From assembly GCF_963921235.1 (NCBI RefSeq), contig NC_086097.1, positions 116,562,001-116,626,000 on the forward strand: DNA of 64,000 bases. Direction: 5' to 3'. Shown in pieces: positions 25,155 to 36,755 of the stretch. This stretch comes from Mobula hypostoma (taxonomy: Eukaryota). The notes below the pieces were generated by a model. That model searched no databases. It saw only the letters and a list, made by a program, of their open reading frames with translations, and had not been told where the DNA came from. The translations under genes and the position numbers were made by a program. The number at the start of each line of letters is the position of its first letter. Positions within the stretch are counted from its first letter, which is position 1.

Positions 25155-27985
25155 ACATAAGAACATAAAAAGTTGGAGCAGGAGTAGGCCACCTGGCCCA
25201 TCGAGCCTGCTCTGCTATTCAATAAGATCATCGCTGATATGGCTATCAACTCATCTCCACCTGCCTGCCTTTTCCCCATAAACTTTAATTCCCCTACTAT
25301 GCAAAAATCTGTCCAACCTTGTCTTAAATATATCTACTGAAGTTGGTTTCACTGCTTCATTGGGCAGAGAATTCCACAGATTCGCTACTTTCTGGGAAAA
25401 GCCATTTCTCCTCATCTCCATCCTAAATATACTCCCCCGAATATTGAGACTAGGTCTCCTAATTCAGGTCTCACCTACCAGTGGAAACAACTTTGCTGCC
25501 TCTAGCTTATCTATCTCTTTCATATTTCTATGTCTCTATAAGATCTCCTCTCATTTTTCTGAATGCCAGTGAGTACAGTCCCAGGCGACTCAATCTCTCC
25601 TCATAGTCTAACCCTCTCATCTCTGGAATCAACCTGGTGAATCTCCTCTGCATCATCTCCAAAGTCAGTATATCCTTCCTCAAATAAGGAGACCAGAACT
25701 GCATGCAGTACTCCAAGTACGGCCTCAACAGTAGCCTGTACGGTTGCAGCATGTTCACCCTGCTCTTAAAATCAAATCCTCTAGTGTAACCCTCGCTTTA
25801 CCTAGTGGCATGATTGCTGGATGATAACCCCCTGCCCGGCCAAACCTTAGAATTCCCGTTTAGGTGGATGCTGTGCGATGGCTCCCCTGTTTCAAATCAG
25901 TACCCTGAAATGATAAGCACAGTATGCAGTTAAACAGCTAAGATATTATAACCCTTATTTGAACTATAGAATTAGTAGAAAACCAAAATATAAACTAGAA
26001 GGCTCCAAGAATAATAATTAGACAGTTTGTGCACAATATTGGAACTCACGCAATATCCTCAGACCACCATTCGATTTCCTCTGAACTCCGGCGGGTCCCA
26101 AGCCCCTGCTCGGGGTCCGCTCCGCTAGCCAGCTCACAGCATCTCTCCGTGTGCGTCTTCTCTCTTCGTCCCCATGGCGCGATCTCCCCAAATCCCGTGC
26201 AAACAACAGCTTACCGACACACAAGAAAGAATAACATCTATCCCTTTGGTTAGCCCATGAATACAAATCCCATTATTTGTAATTATAACCCAAACATGCT
26301 GCTATAGAGATTCCCTTATCTCAGCAGTTAACATTACAAAGAAGCCTTTTTATTATAACACTACAGAGAAGCCATTTTATTAGCCTTAGTAAGTAATATG
26401 AAAGAAGAAACCCCTTACACTAGCAATGAAGGCCAACATCCCATTTGCATTCTTGATAGCCTGCTGCACCTACAAACCAACCTTTAGTGATTCATGCACA
26501 AGTACTCCCAAGTCCCTCTGCACAGCAGCATGCCACAATTTTTACCATGTAAATAATAATTTGCTTTTCCATTTTTCCTTCCAAATTGGATGACCTCGCA
26601 TTTACAAACATTGTACTCAGTCGGACAGACCCTTGCCCACACATTTAACCTATCTATATCTCTCTGCAGACTCTCCGTATCCTCTGCACCATTTGCTTTT
26701 CCACTCAAATTAGTATCATCAGCAAACTTAGATACACTACACTTGATCCCCTCTTCCAGGATGTTAATGTATATTGTCAACAGTTGTCAGCCCAGCACCA
26801 GCCCCTGCAACACACAGCTCACCACTGATTAGTTAACCAATGCTCTATCCATGTTAATACATCACCCCAACTCTAAGCATCCTTATCTTATGGATAGGTC
26901 TTTTATGTGGCCCCTTATTGAATGCCTTCTGGGAATCCAAGCAAATAACATCCATCTGTTCCTTTCTATCCACTGCACTCAAAGAACTCCAGTAAGTTTG
27001 TCAAACAGGACCTGCCTTTGCTGAATCCATGCTGGATCTGCCTGACGGATCCATTTCTTTCCAGATGCCTTGCTACTTCTTCTTTAATGCTTCAAGCATT
27101 TTCCCAACTAAGATGTTAAACTAATTGGTCTGTAGTTACCTACCTTTTGCCTACATCCTTTTTTGAACAGTGGCATGACATTCACTTCTTCCAATCGGCC
27201 AGGACTTGCCCAGAGTCTGAAGAATTTTGGTAAATTATCATCAAAGCCTCTACTATAACTTCTGCCATTCTTTTCAGTACCCTGGGATACATTCCATCAG
27301 GACCAGGGGACTTATATATCTTCAGCCCTATAAGTTTGCTCAGCACTACCTCTTTAGTAATAGCTATTGTATCGAGGTTCTCAACTCCCATCCCATCCAT
27401 AACATCTCTCTTTGGCACGTTAGACGTATCCTCCACTGTGAAGACTGACTCCAAATAATCATTCAAAATCTCTGCCATTTCCTCATTACCCAATATTAAT
27501 TCCACCCTTTTGTCCTCTAAGAGATCTACGTTCACTTTGGCCACCCTTTTCCGCTCTATATGATTATAAAAAACTTTTGTTATCCATTTTTATATTTTGA
27601 ACTAGTTTATTTTCATAATCGATCTTCCCTTTATTTATTACTTAGTCATTTTTTGTTGCTTTTTAAAGTTTTCCAGTCTTTCAATTTCCCACTACTCTTG
27701 GCAACTTTGTATGCACGAGCTTTTAGTTTGATGCCTTCCTGTATTTCCTTAGTTATCCAAGGCTGGCTCTCCCCATGCTTGCTGTCCTTACTTTTAACTG
27801 GAATGTATTTTTGTTGAGCACCATGAAAAATCTCTTTGAAAGTCTTTTACTGTTCCTCAACTGTCCCACCTGTGTTCCCAGTCTACACTAGCCAAATCTT
27901 CCCTCATCCGATTGTAGTCTCCTTTGTTTCGACATAATACATTAGTATTAGATCGAACTATTGCACCTTCCATCCGCATGGGAAA
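25155..27985 (-). mobile_element. Decayed CR1 LINE interrupted by a solo LTR
   Basis: ORFs with LEYCMQFWSP, SKFADD and KSPGPDG; ACATAAGAACATAA tail on +. Confidence 0.9.
25785..26419 (-). mobile_element. Gypsy-type solo LTR, family B-related (635 bp)
   Basis: TGTAACCC...GAAACCCCTTACA; exact 4-bp TSD CTAG at 25781-25784 and 26420-26423; host CR1 is continuous across it. Confidence 0.85.
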
Positions 27986-28094
27986 CATTTCTCTAGTGTT
28001 TCAGATTCCCAGCAATTAAGATCACCACTATCTCACAATTTCAGCTTTATTTTTCACCCTTCACTCTGTTTTCATCCTCTTTCCTTCAAACTCC

Positions 28095-28827
28095 GAGGCA
28101 GAGTACAAAGTAAATGGCAGGACACTTGGTAGTATGGAAGAGCAGAGGGATCTGGGGGTACATGTCCACAGATCCCTGAAAGTTGCCTCACAGGTGGATA
28201 GGGTAGTTAAGAAAGCTTATGGGGTGTTAGCTTTCATAAGTCGAGGGATAGAGTTTAAGAGTCGCAATGTAATGATGCAGCTCTATAAAACTCTGGTTAG
28301 GTCACACTTGGAGTATTGTGTCCAGTTCTGGTCTCCTCACTATAGGAAGGATGTGGAAGCATTGGATAGAGTACAGAGGAGATTTACCAGGTTGCTGCCT
28401 GGTTTAGAGAGCATGCATTATGATCAGAGATTAAGGGAGCTGGAGCTTTACTCTCTGGAGAGAAGGAGGATGAGAGGTATACAAGATATTAAGAGGAATA
28501 GATAGAGTGGACAGCCAGCACCTCTCCCCCAGGGCACCACTGCTCAATACAAGAGGACATGGCTTTAAGGTAAGGGGTGGGAAATTCAAGGGGGATATTA
28601 GAGGAAGGTTTTTTACTCAGAGAGTGGTTGGTGCATGGAATGCAGTGCCTGAGTCAGTGGTGGAGACAGATACACTAGTGAAGTTTAAGAGACTACTAGA
28701 CAGGTATATGGAGGAATTTAAGGTGGGGGGTTATATAGGAGGCAGGGTTTGAGGGTCGGCACAACATTGTGGGCCGAAGGGCCTGTACTGTGCTGTACTA
28801 TTTTATGTCCTATGTTCTATGTTCTAT
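28095..28827 (+). mobile_element. 5'-truncated CR1 LINE
   Basis: EEQRDLGV..LEYCVQFWSPHY..TRGH..FFTQRVV..WN; GGGCCGAAGGGCC hairpin and (TTCTATG)n tail. Confidence 0.95.
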
Positions 28828-29039
28828 TTGAAAGTCCATCAGACAGATGCATTGCAATTACCAAGCCTTCTCTGACTATTCTCATCATTGACTGCAGTAT
28901 AATCTCTCTTTATCTCCACTCAGAAATCTTCCTTATTCATTTACTTTTCTGAGCTATTGAATTTATTAATCCCTTTAATAATGTTGTCTGTCTTGTTGGG
29001 AATTTCTAATACTTCTCCTTTAATTTCAGCGTATATTGG

Positions 29040-29280
29040 TGCAATCACTCGAGTCAAGTATGATGCTCTCCTAAGGGGTTGTCATTGCATTCTCTAAATA
29101 GAGAATGCCTGTGCATGGCATATGACTTTGTTTAACATGGGGAGGCTGATGCATGGACAGGCACCACATGGTACTTGACAGATCAGGGGAAGGGTCCATT
29201 AGCATGGGATGTACGATGACTGGAGACGCTATCCTGCTGCAGTCTTCCTCTGCCTTCACTACTGTGGCAGTACTCTTCTA
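29040..29280 (-). mobile_element. Possible RTE-type retroposon 3' fragment
   Basis: Resembles recalled RTE-family 3' ends in sharks and rays; weak. Confidence 0.3.
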
Positions 29281-29518
29281 CTGTCTCCACCACTGAGGTC
29301 TTGGTTAAATCACTCCTAAAGTTACCACCATGGGTGACCCTGCCAGTAGCTAATTGCAAGATAGCTAAATTCCAGATGACATCACTCTTGGGATCTCAGT
29401 ATGCCACACCTCATTCCTTTTTCCCCATTTCATTTCTGCCTTTGGACTTCAACTTCCCAAGTCATCACTGGGTCACTTATACCGAACTGGGCAAAGCCCC
29501 TGTGCAGCCATCCAATCT

Positions 29519-30965
29519 CATAGTCATAGTCATAGTCATAGTCATACTTTATTGATCCCAGGGAAAATTGGTTTTCATTAGAGTTGCACCATAGATAATA
29601 AATAGTAATAAAACCATAAATAGTTAAATAGTAATATGTAAATTATGCCAGGAAATAAGTCCAGGACCAGCCTATTGGCTCAGGGTGTCTGACCCTCCAA
29701 GGGAGGAGTTGTAAAGTTTGATGGCCACAGGCAGTAATGACTTCCTATGATGCTCTGTGTTGCATCTCGGTGGAATGAGTCTCTGGCTGAATGTACTCCT
29801 GTGCCCAACCAGTACATTATGTAGTGGACGGGAGACACTGTCCAAGATGGCAAGCAACTTGGACAGCATCCTCTTTTCACCACCATGAGAGAGTCCAGTT
29901 CCATCCCCACAACATCACTGGCCTTGCGAATGAGTTTGTTGATTCTGTTGGTGTCTGCTACTCTCAGCCTGCTGCCCCAGCACACAACAGCAAACATAAT
30001 GGCACTGGCCACCACAGACTCGTAGAACATCCTCAGCATCGTCCGCCAGATGTTAAAGGACCTCAGTCTCCTCAGGAAATAGAGACGGCTCTGTCCCTTC
30101 TTGTAGACAGCCTCAGTGTTCTTTGACCAGTCCAGTTTATTGTCAATTCGTATCCCCAGGTATTTGTAATCCTCCACCATGTCCACACTGACCCCCCGGA
30201 TGGAAACAGGGGTCACCGGTACCTTAGCTCTCCTCAGGTCTACCACCAGCTCCTTAGACTTTTTCACATTAAGCTGCAGATAATTCTGCTCACACCATGT
30301 GACAAAGTTTCCTACCGTAGCCCTGTACTCAGCCTCATCTCCCTTGCTGATGCATCCAACTATGGCAGAGTCATCAGAAAACTTCTGAAGATGACAAGAC
30401 TCTATGCAGTAGTTGAAGTCCGAGGTGTAAATGGTGAAGAGAAAGGGAGACAAGACAGTCCCCTGTGGAGCCCCAGTGCTGCTGATCACTCTGTCGGACA
30501 CACAGTGTTGCAAGCACACGTACTGTGGTCTGCCAGTCAGGTAACCAAGAATCCATGGCACCAGGAAAGCATCCACCTGCATCGCTGTCAGCTTCTCCCC
30601 CAGCAGAGCAGGGCGGATGGTGTTGAATGCACTGGAGAAGTCAAAAAACACGACCCTCACAGTGCTTGCTGGCTTGTCCAGGTGGGCATAGACACGGTTC
30701 GGCAGGTAGACGATGGCATCCTCAACTCCTAGTTGGGGCTGGTAGGCGAATTGGAGGGGATCTAAGTGTGGCCTGACCATAGGCCGGAGCAGCTCCAGAA
30801 CAGGTCTCTCCAGGGTCAATGCCACCGGTCTGTAGTCATTGAGGCTGCTGGGGCGCGGTGTCTTCGGCACAGGGACAAGGCAGGACGTCTTCCACAGTAC
30901 AGGAACCTTCCGGAGCCTCAGGCTCAGGTTGAAGACATGGTGAAGTACTCCACATAGCTGAGGTG
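29519..30965 (-). mobile_element. Young 5'-truncated Rex1-type LINE
   Basis: (GACTAT)n tail on minus; ORF 29680-30969 covers most of the RT. Confidence 0.95.
29680..30965 (-). pseudogene. Rex1 reverse transcriptase fragment
   Basis: NDYRPVALT, DPLQFAY, FFDFSSAFNTI, GAPQGTVLSPFLF, KFSDD, YKYLG; a short deletion after RPVALT, a frameshift near 29880 and no N-terminus. Confidence 0.9.
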
Positions 30966-32210
30966 TCATTGTGGTTTGTGGTGTGGCCCAAACAATGATG
31001 CGTATCTTTGAAAAAGTGAACCGTACAGCATGGGAACTGACCCTTCATCCCACGACGTTGTGCCGAACCATTTAAATTAGAAATCAAATGGCCAAGTAAA
31101 ATAATCTCTTCTGCCAACACAATGTCCATTATCCTTCCATTTTCCTCACACTTATGTGCTGATCTAAATGTCTATGCAGGGTCTCCAGTGTCTCTGCCCC
31201 TATCACCACACAAGGCAGCTCATTCTAGGAACCCAGCATTCTCTGTGAAAAAACTTGTCCCTCACATTACCTTTGAAATTACTCCCTCTCACCTTAAATG
31301 CATGCCTTCCGATATTAGACATTTCAACACTGGGAAAAAGATACTGTCTATCTCGACCTCTCGTAAACATATAAACCTCTACCAGATCTCTCCTCAGTCT
31401 CAGCTGTTCCAGAGAAAACAATCCAAGTCTGTCTCACCTCTCCTTATAACACATGCCCTCTAATTCTGACAGCATCCTGGTAAACTTCTCTTGTAACCTC
31501 TCCAATGCCTTGGCATTTTTCTTATAATGGGGCAGCCAGAACTGAATGCAATACTACAGATATGCCCTAACTAGAGCTTTGTAAAGCTGCAATACAACCT
31601 TCTGACTTTTGAACTCAATACCTCAACTAATAAAAGCAAGCATGCCATGTACCTACTTAACCACACTGTAAACTTGTGTATGTACTTTCAACTTGGACCC
31701 CAAGATCCCTCTGCTCATCAACACTGGTAAAGGTCTTATCCTGAACTGTGCACCACCCCCTTAAATTTGACCTAGAGTGTGCAGCACTTCACATTTGGCT
31801 TGGTTAAACTCCATTTGCCATTTCTTTGCCCATATATGCAACTGACCTCTACCCTGTTGTACTCTTTGCCAGTCTTCTACACTATCCACAGCATGACCGA
31901 TCATCATACCACCTGCAAGCTCTTCATATCAGCTGCAAGCTTACTAAACTATCCATCTACATTTTCATCCAAGTCATTGATATATGTCACAAACTGCAGA
32001 GGTCCCAGTACAGATCCCGACGGAACACCACTAATCACAGTACTCCAGCTAAATAAGTTGCTTCATTCACTACCCTTTGCCTTGTACATTTTGAAACCAA
32101 GCTGCCAATTCACCATTGATCCCATGCATCTTAATCATCTGGATAAGCTTCCCATGAAGGACCTGGTCAAACACCTTACTAAAGTCCATGTAGACAACAT
32201 CCACAGATTT

Positions 32211-35200
32211 ACATAGAAACATAGAAAATAGCTGCAGGAGTAGGCCATTCGGCCCTTCGAGCCTGCACCGCCATTTATTATGATCATGGCTGATCATCCA
32301 ACTCAGAACCCCACCTCAGCCTTCCCTCCATACCCCCTAACCCCCGTAGCCACAAGGGCCATATCTAACTCCCTCTTAAATATAGCCAATGAACTGGCCT
32401 CAAGTGTTTCCAGTGGCAGAGAATTCCACAGATTCACCACTCTCTGTGTGAAGAAATTTTTCCTAATCTCGGTCCTAAAAGGCTTCCCCTCTATCCTCAA
32501 ACTGTGGCCCCTCGTTCTGGACTTCCCCAACATCGGGAACAATCTTCCTGCATCTAGCCTGTCCAATCCCTTTAGGATCTTATACGTTTCAATTAGATCC
32601 CCCCTCAATCTTCTAAATTTCAACGAGTACAAGCCCAGTTCATCCAGTCTTTCTTCATATGAAAGTCCTGCCATCCCAAGAATCAATCTGGTGAACCTTC
32701 TTTGTACTCCCTCTAAGGCAAGGATGTCTTTCCTCAGATTAGGGAACCAAAACTGCACACAATACTCCAGATGTGGTCTCACCAAGGCCTTGTACAACTG
32801 CAGTAGTACCTCCCTGCTCCTGTACTCGAATCCTCTCGCTATAAATGCCAGCATACCATTCGCCTTTTTCACCGCCTGCTGTACCTGCATGCCCACTTTC
32901 AATGACTGGTGTATAATGACACCCAGGTCTCGTTGCACCTCCCCTTTTCCTAATCGGCCACCATTCAGATAATAATCTGTTTTCCTATTTTTGCCACCAA
33001 AGTGGATAACTTCACATTTATCCACATTAAATTGCATCTGCCATGAATTTGCCCACTCACCCAACCTATCCAAGTCACCCTGCATCCTCTTAGCATCCTC
33101 CTCACTGCTAATACTGCCACCCAGCTTCGTGTCATCCGCAAACTTGGAGATGCTGCATTTAATTCCCTCATCCAAGTCATTAATATATATTGTAAACAAC
33201 TGGGGTCCCAGCACTGAGCCTTGCGGTACCCCACTAGTCACCGCCTGCCATTCTGAAAAGGTCCCGTTTATTCCCACTCTTTGCTTCCTGTCTGCTAACC
33301 AATTCTCCATCCACACCAATACCTTACCCCCAATACCGTGTGCTTTAAGTTTGCACACTAATCTCCTGTGTGGGACCTTGTCAAAAGCCTTTTGAAAATC
33401 CAAATATACCACATCCACCGGTTCTCCCCTATCCACTCTACTAGTTACATCCTCAAAAAATTCTATGAGATTCGTCAGACATGATTTTCCTTTCACAAAT
33501 CCATGCTGACTTTGTCCGACCATTTCACCGCTTTCCAAATGTGCTGTTATCACATCCTTGATAACTGACTCCAGCAGTTTCCCCACCACCGACGTTAGGC
33601 TAACCGGTCTATAATTCCCTGGTTTCTCTCTCCCTCCTTTTTTAAAAAGTGGAGTTACATTAGCCACCCTCCAATCCTCAGGAACTAGTCCAGAATCTAA
33701 CGAGTTTTGAAAAATTATCACTAATGCACCCACTATTTCTTGGGCTACTTCCTTAAGCACTCTAGGATGCAGACCATCTGGCCCTGGGGATTTATCTGCC
33801 TTCAATCCCTTCAATTTACCTAACACCACTTTCCTACTAACATGTATTTCGCTCAGTTCCTCCATCTCACTGGACCCTCTGTCCCCTACTATTTCTGGAA
33901 GATTATTTATGTCCTCCTTAGTGAAGACAGAACCAAAGTAATTATTCAATTGGTCTGCCATGTCCTTGCTCCCCATAATCAATTCACCTGTTTCTGTCTG
34001 CAGGGGACCTACATTTGTCTTTACCAGTCTTTTCCTTTTTACATATCTATAAAAGCTTTTACAGTCCGTTTTTATGTTCCCTGCCAGTTTTCTCTCATAA
34101 TCTTTTTTCCCCTTCCTAATTAAGCCCTTTGTCCTCCTCTGCTGAACTCTGAATTTCTCCCAGTCCTCAGGTGAGCCACTTTCTCTGGCTGATTTGTATG
34201 CTTCTTCTTTGGAATTGATACTATCCCTAATTTCTCTTGTCAGCCACGGGTCCACTATCTTCCTTGATTTATTCTTTTGCCGAACTGGGATGAACAATTG
34301 TTGTAGTTCATCCATGCATCCTTTAAATGCTTGGCATTGCATATCCACCATCAATCCTTTAAGTGTCATTTGCCAGTCTATCTTATCTAATTCACGTCTC
34401 ATACCTCCAAAGTTACCCCTCTTTAAGTTCGGAACCTTTGTTTCTGAATTAACTATGTCACTCTCCATCTTAATGAAGAATTCCACCATATAATGGTCAC
34501 TCTTATCCAAGGGGTCTCTCACGACAAGATAGCTAATTAACCCTTCCTCATTGCTCAAAACCCAGTCCAGAATAGCCTGCTCTCTGGTTGGTTCCTCGAC
34601 ATGTTGGTTCAAAAAACCATCCTGCATACATTCCAAGAAATCCTCTTCCTCAGCACCTTTACCAATTTGGTTCACCCAATCTACATGTAGATTGAAGTCA
34701 CCCATTATAACTGCTGTTCCTTTATTGCACACATTTCTAATTTCCTGTTTAATACCATCTCCGACCTCACTACTACTGTTAGGTGGCCTGTACACAACTC
34801 CCACCCGCGTCTTCTGCCCCTTAGTGTTACGCAGCTCTACCCATATCGATTCCACATCTTCCCGGCTTATGTCCTTCCTTTCTATTGAGTTAATCTCTTC
34901 TTTAACCAGCAACGCCACCCCACCTCCCCTTCCTTCATGTCTATCCCTCCTGAATATTGAATATCCCTGAACGTTGAGCTCCCATCCCTGGTCACCCTGG
35001 AGCCATGTCTCTGTGATCCCAACTATATCATAATCATTAATAACAATCTGCACTTTCAATTCATCCACCTTATTACGAATGCTCCTTGCATTGACACACA
35101 AAGTCTTCAGGCACTCTTTTACAACTCTCTTAGCCCTTCTACAATTATGTTGAAAAGTGGCCCTTTTTAATGCTTGCCCTGGATTTGTCGGCCTGCCACT

Positions 35201-35326
35201 TTTACTTTTCTCCTTAGTACTTTTTGCTTCTACCCTCACTTTACACCCCTCTGTCTCTCTGCACTGGTTCCCATCCCCCTGTTGTGAACTAACCTCCTCA
35301 TGCCTAGCCTCTTTAATTTGATTCCC
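32211..35326 (-). mobile_element. Young CR1 LINE with intact ORF2, truncated before ORF1
   Basis: Uninterrupted ORF2, 3' hairpin and (TTTCTATG)n tail. Confidence 0.97.
32303..35326 (-). CDS. CR1 ORF2 protein: APE endonuclease plus non-LTR reverse transcriptase (~1007 codons)
   Basis: NARSI, ITETW, YRPP, GDFN, LD, SDH (APE); KSPGPDG, YRPVSLTS, QHGF, YLDFQKAFD, PQGSVLGP, KFADD, DLGV (RT); TRGH..FFTQRVVNLWN C-terminus; no stops. The track start at 35350 is a GTG in host sequence. Confidence 0.95.
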   Translation of the reverse strand, partial: GNQIKEARHEEVSSQQGDGNQCRETEGCKVRVEAKSTKEKSKSGRPTNPGQALKRATFQHNCRRAKRVVKECLKTLCVNARSIRNKVDELKVQIVINDYDIVGITETWLQGDQGWELNVQGYSIFRRDRHEGRGGGVALLVKEEINSIERKDISREDVESIWVELRNTKGQKTRVGVVYRPPNSSSEVGDGIKQEIRNVCNKGTAVIMGDFNLHVDWVNQIGKGAEEEDFLECMQDGFLNQHVEEPTREQAILDWVLSNEEGLISYLVVRDPLDKSDHYMVEFFIKMESDIVNSETKVPNLKRGNFGGMRRELDKIDWQMTLKGLMVDMQCQAFKGCMDELQQLFIPVRQKNKSRKIVDPWLTREIRDSINSKEEAYKSARESGSPEDWEKFRVQQRRTKGLIRKGKKDYERKLAGNIKTDCKSFYRYVKRKRLVKTNVGPLQTETGELIMGSKDMADQLNNYFGSVFTKEDINNLPEIVGDRGSSEMEELSEIHVSRKVVLGKLKGLKADKSPGPDGLHPRVLKEVAQEIVGALVIIFQNSLDSGLVPEDWRVANVTPLFKKGGREKPGNYRPVSLTSVVGKLLESVIKDVITAHLESGEMVGQSQHGFVKGKSCLTNLIEFFEDVTSRVDRGEPVDVVYLDFQKAFDKVPHRRLVCKLKAHGIGGKVLVWMENWLADRKQRVGINGTFSEWQAVTSGVPQGSVLGPQLFTIYINDLDEGIKCSISKFADDTKLGGSISSEEDAKRMQGDLDRLGEWANSWQMQFNVDKCEVIHFGGKNRKTDYYLNGGRLGKGEVQRDLGVIIHQSLKVGMQVQQAVKKANGMLAFIARGFEYRSREVLLQLYKALVRPHLEYCVQFWFPNLRKDILALEGVQRRFTRLILGMAGLSYEERLDELGLYSLKFRRLRGDLIETYKILKGLDRLDAGRLFPMLGKSRTRGHSLRIEGKPFRTEIRKNFFTQRVVNLWNSLPLETLEASSLAIFKRELDMALVATGVRGYGGKAEVGF

Positions 35327-35739
35327 ACCTTCATCGATCACTCTTGTCACCTCATCAAAGCCTCAATCAAGTTAGTAAGACACAACTTGCCCTGTACAAA
35401 GCCATCCTGGTTCTCCCTAATTAAGCCATGGTTTTCCAAATGCTCATAAATACTATCCCTAGGAATTCCCTCCAGTAAATTCCCTACTGTGAAACTCACC
35501 AGTCTATTGTTTCCAGGATTATCCCTGGTTCCCTTCTTGAGTAATGGAACAACATTGGCTACTCACTGGTCCTCTGGGACCTTGCCTGTGGATAAAGAGG
35601 ACACAACGATACTGGTCAAGGCCCCAGAAATCTCCTCATCTTTGACAACTGACTAGCTGCATACTATCCAAACATAAAAGTTTCTTCAGCATATCTGTGA
35701 ATGACATTTGCTCTGGGCTATCTGACACAAAACGGTAAA

Positions 35740-36755
35740 CACTCAGTTGTTACTTTATTGGGTACCTCCCGTGCCTAACAAAATGGCCACCGAGTGAGTG
35801 CTTGTGGTATCCTGCTGCTGTCGCCCAGCCGCTTCAAGGTTTGATGGGTTCTGCATTTAGAGATGCTCTTCTGCACACCACCGATATAATGCTTGTTTAT
35901 TTGAGTTACTGTTGCCTTGAATCAGTCTGGTCATTCTCCTCTGACCTCTCTCATTAACAAGGTGTTTTCACCCACAGAACTGCCACCCGCTGGATGCTTT
36001 GTTGTTGTTTTTTTTCGCAGTGTTCTCTGTAAGCTCTAGAGACTGTGGTGTGTGAAACTCCCAGGAGATCAGCAGTTTCTGAGATACTGAAACCACCCCA
36101 TTTAGCACCAACAATCATTCCATGGTTGTGTCATATTAAATTCTGTAAATGGATGCAGGATGTGTTTTAAAAAGGACAGTCTAATTTAAGACAAAGGTAC
36201 AAAGAGTTTTTCTATCACTGTGCTTCTTTATGTGCTTGTTGAAACTTATACTTATTGGAGTGCCTTGCCAGGTTCCACTGGACTTCAACCAAGGACCGGA
36301 AGTCACGATCAGAGCCCAAGGGAGATTTTACAAATGAGTTGGAGTTCAGAATTCCCCCGACAGCAGCAACAATCAAGTGGTGACTAAGAATCTCAAGCCC
36401 TGAAACCTTTGTGGAAATCTTTGTGACTTACTGCATAGTATTTTGTGTTGTTTATTGGTGCTGTCTATTTTATGACAATAAATTGGGCTTGCTACTTTGT
36501 TGTACTTGTATGCTTACTACCAATCTCGTGGATACTCGAATTGTTTGGGTCTGATCAGCTCAGCCCATTACAAAGGTCAAAGTCATTTAGATCCCATTTC
36601 CTCCCCACTCTGATGTTTGGTCTGAACAACAACTGAACCTCTTGACCATGTGTGCATTCTTTTCAGCATTGAGTTGCTGCCACATGATTGGATGATTAGA
36701 TATTTACATTAACAAGCAGGTGTACAGGTGTAGCTAATAAAGTGGCCACTCAGTG
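35740..36755 (-). mobile_element. Non-autonomous Tc1-like deletion derivative containing a solo LTR
   Basis: CACTCAGTGGCCACTTTATTAGG-type TIRs, TA at 36756-36757; remnant of the transposase N-terminal HTH. Confidence 0.85.
36127..36572 (+). mobile_element. Solo LTR, family C (446 bp)
   Basis: TG...TTACA; 5-bp TSD ATGGT/AAGGT with one mismatch; AATAAA near 36477; interrupts otherwise continuous Tc1 sequence. Confidence 0.75.

Larger units (their letters stand above)
31020..35640 (-). mobile_element. Older CR1 LINE hosting the young CR1
   Basis: The RT motif EVTRVIDEG|KSVDVVYMDFSK is split between 35327-35350 and positions up to 32210; decayed 3' part at 31020-32210. Confidence 0.85.

Noticed and set aside
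32280..34970. Plus-strand ORFs of 93-230 aa
   Set aside because: They are antisense shadows of CR1 ORF2; the same applies at 5867-6551 and 29791-30957.
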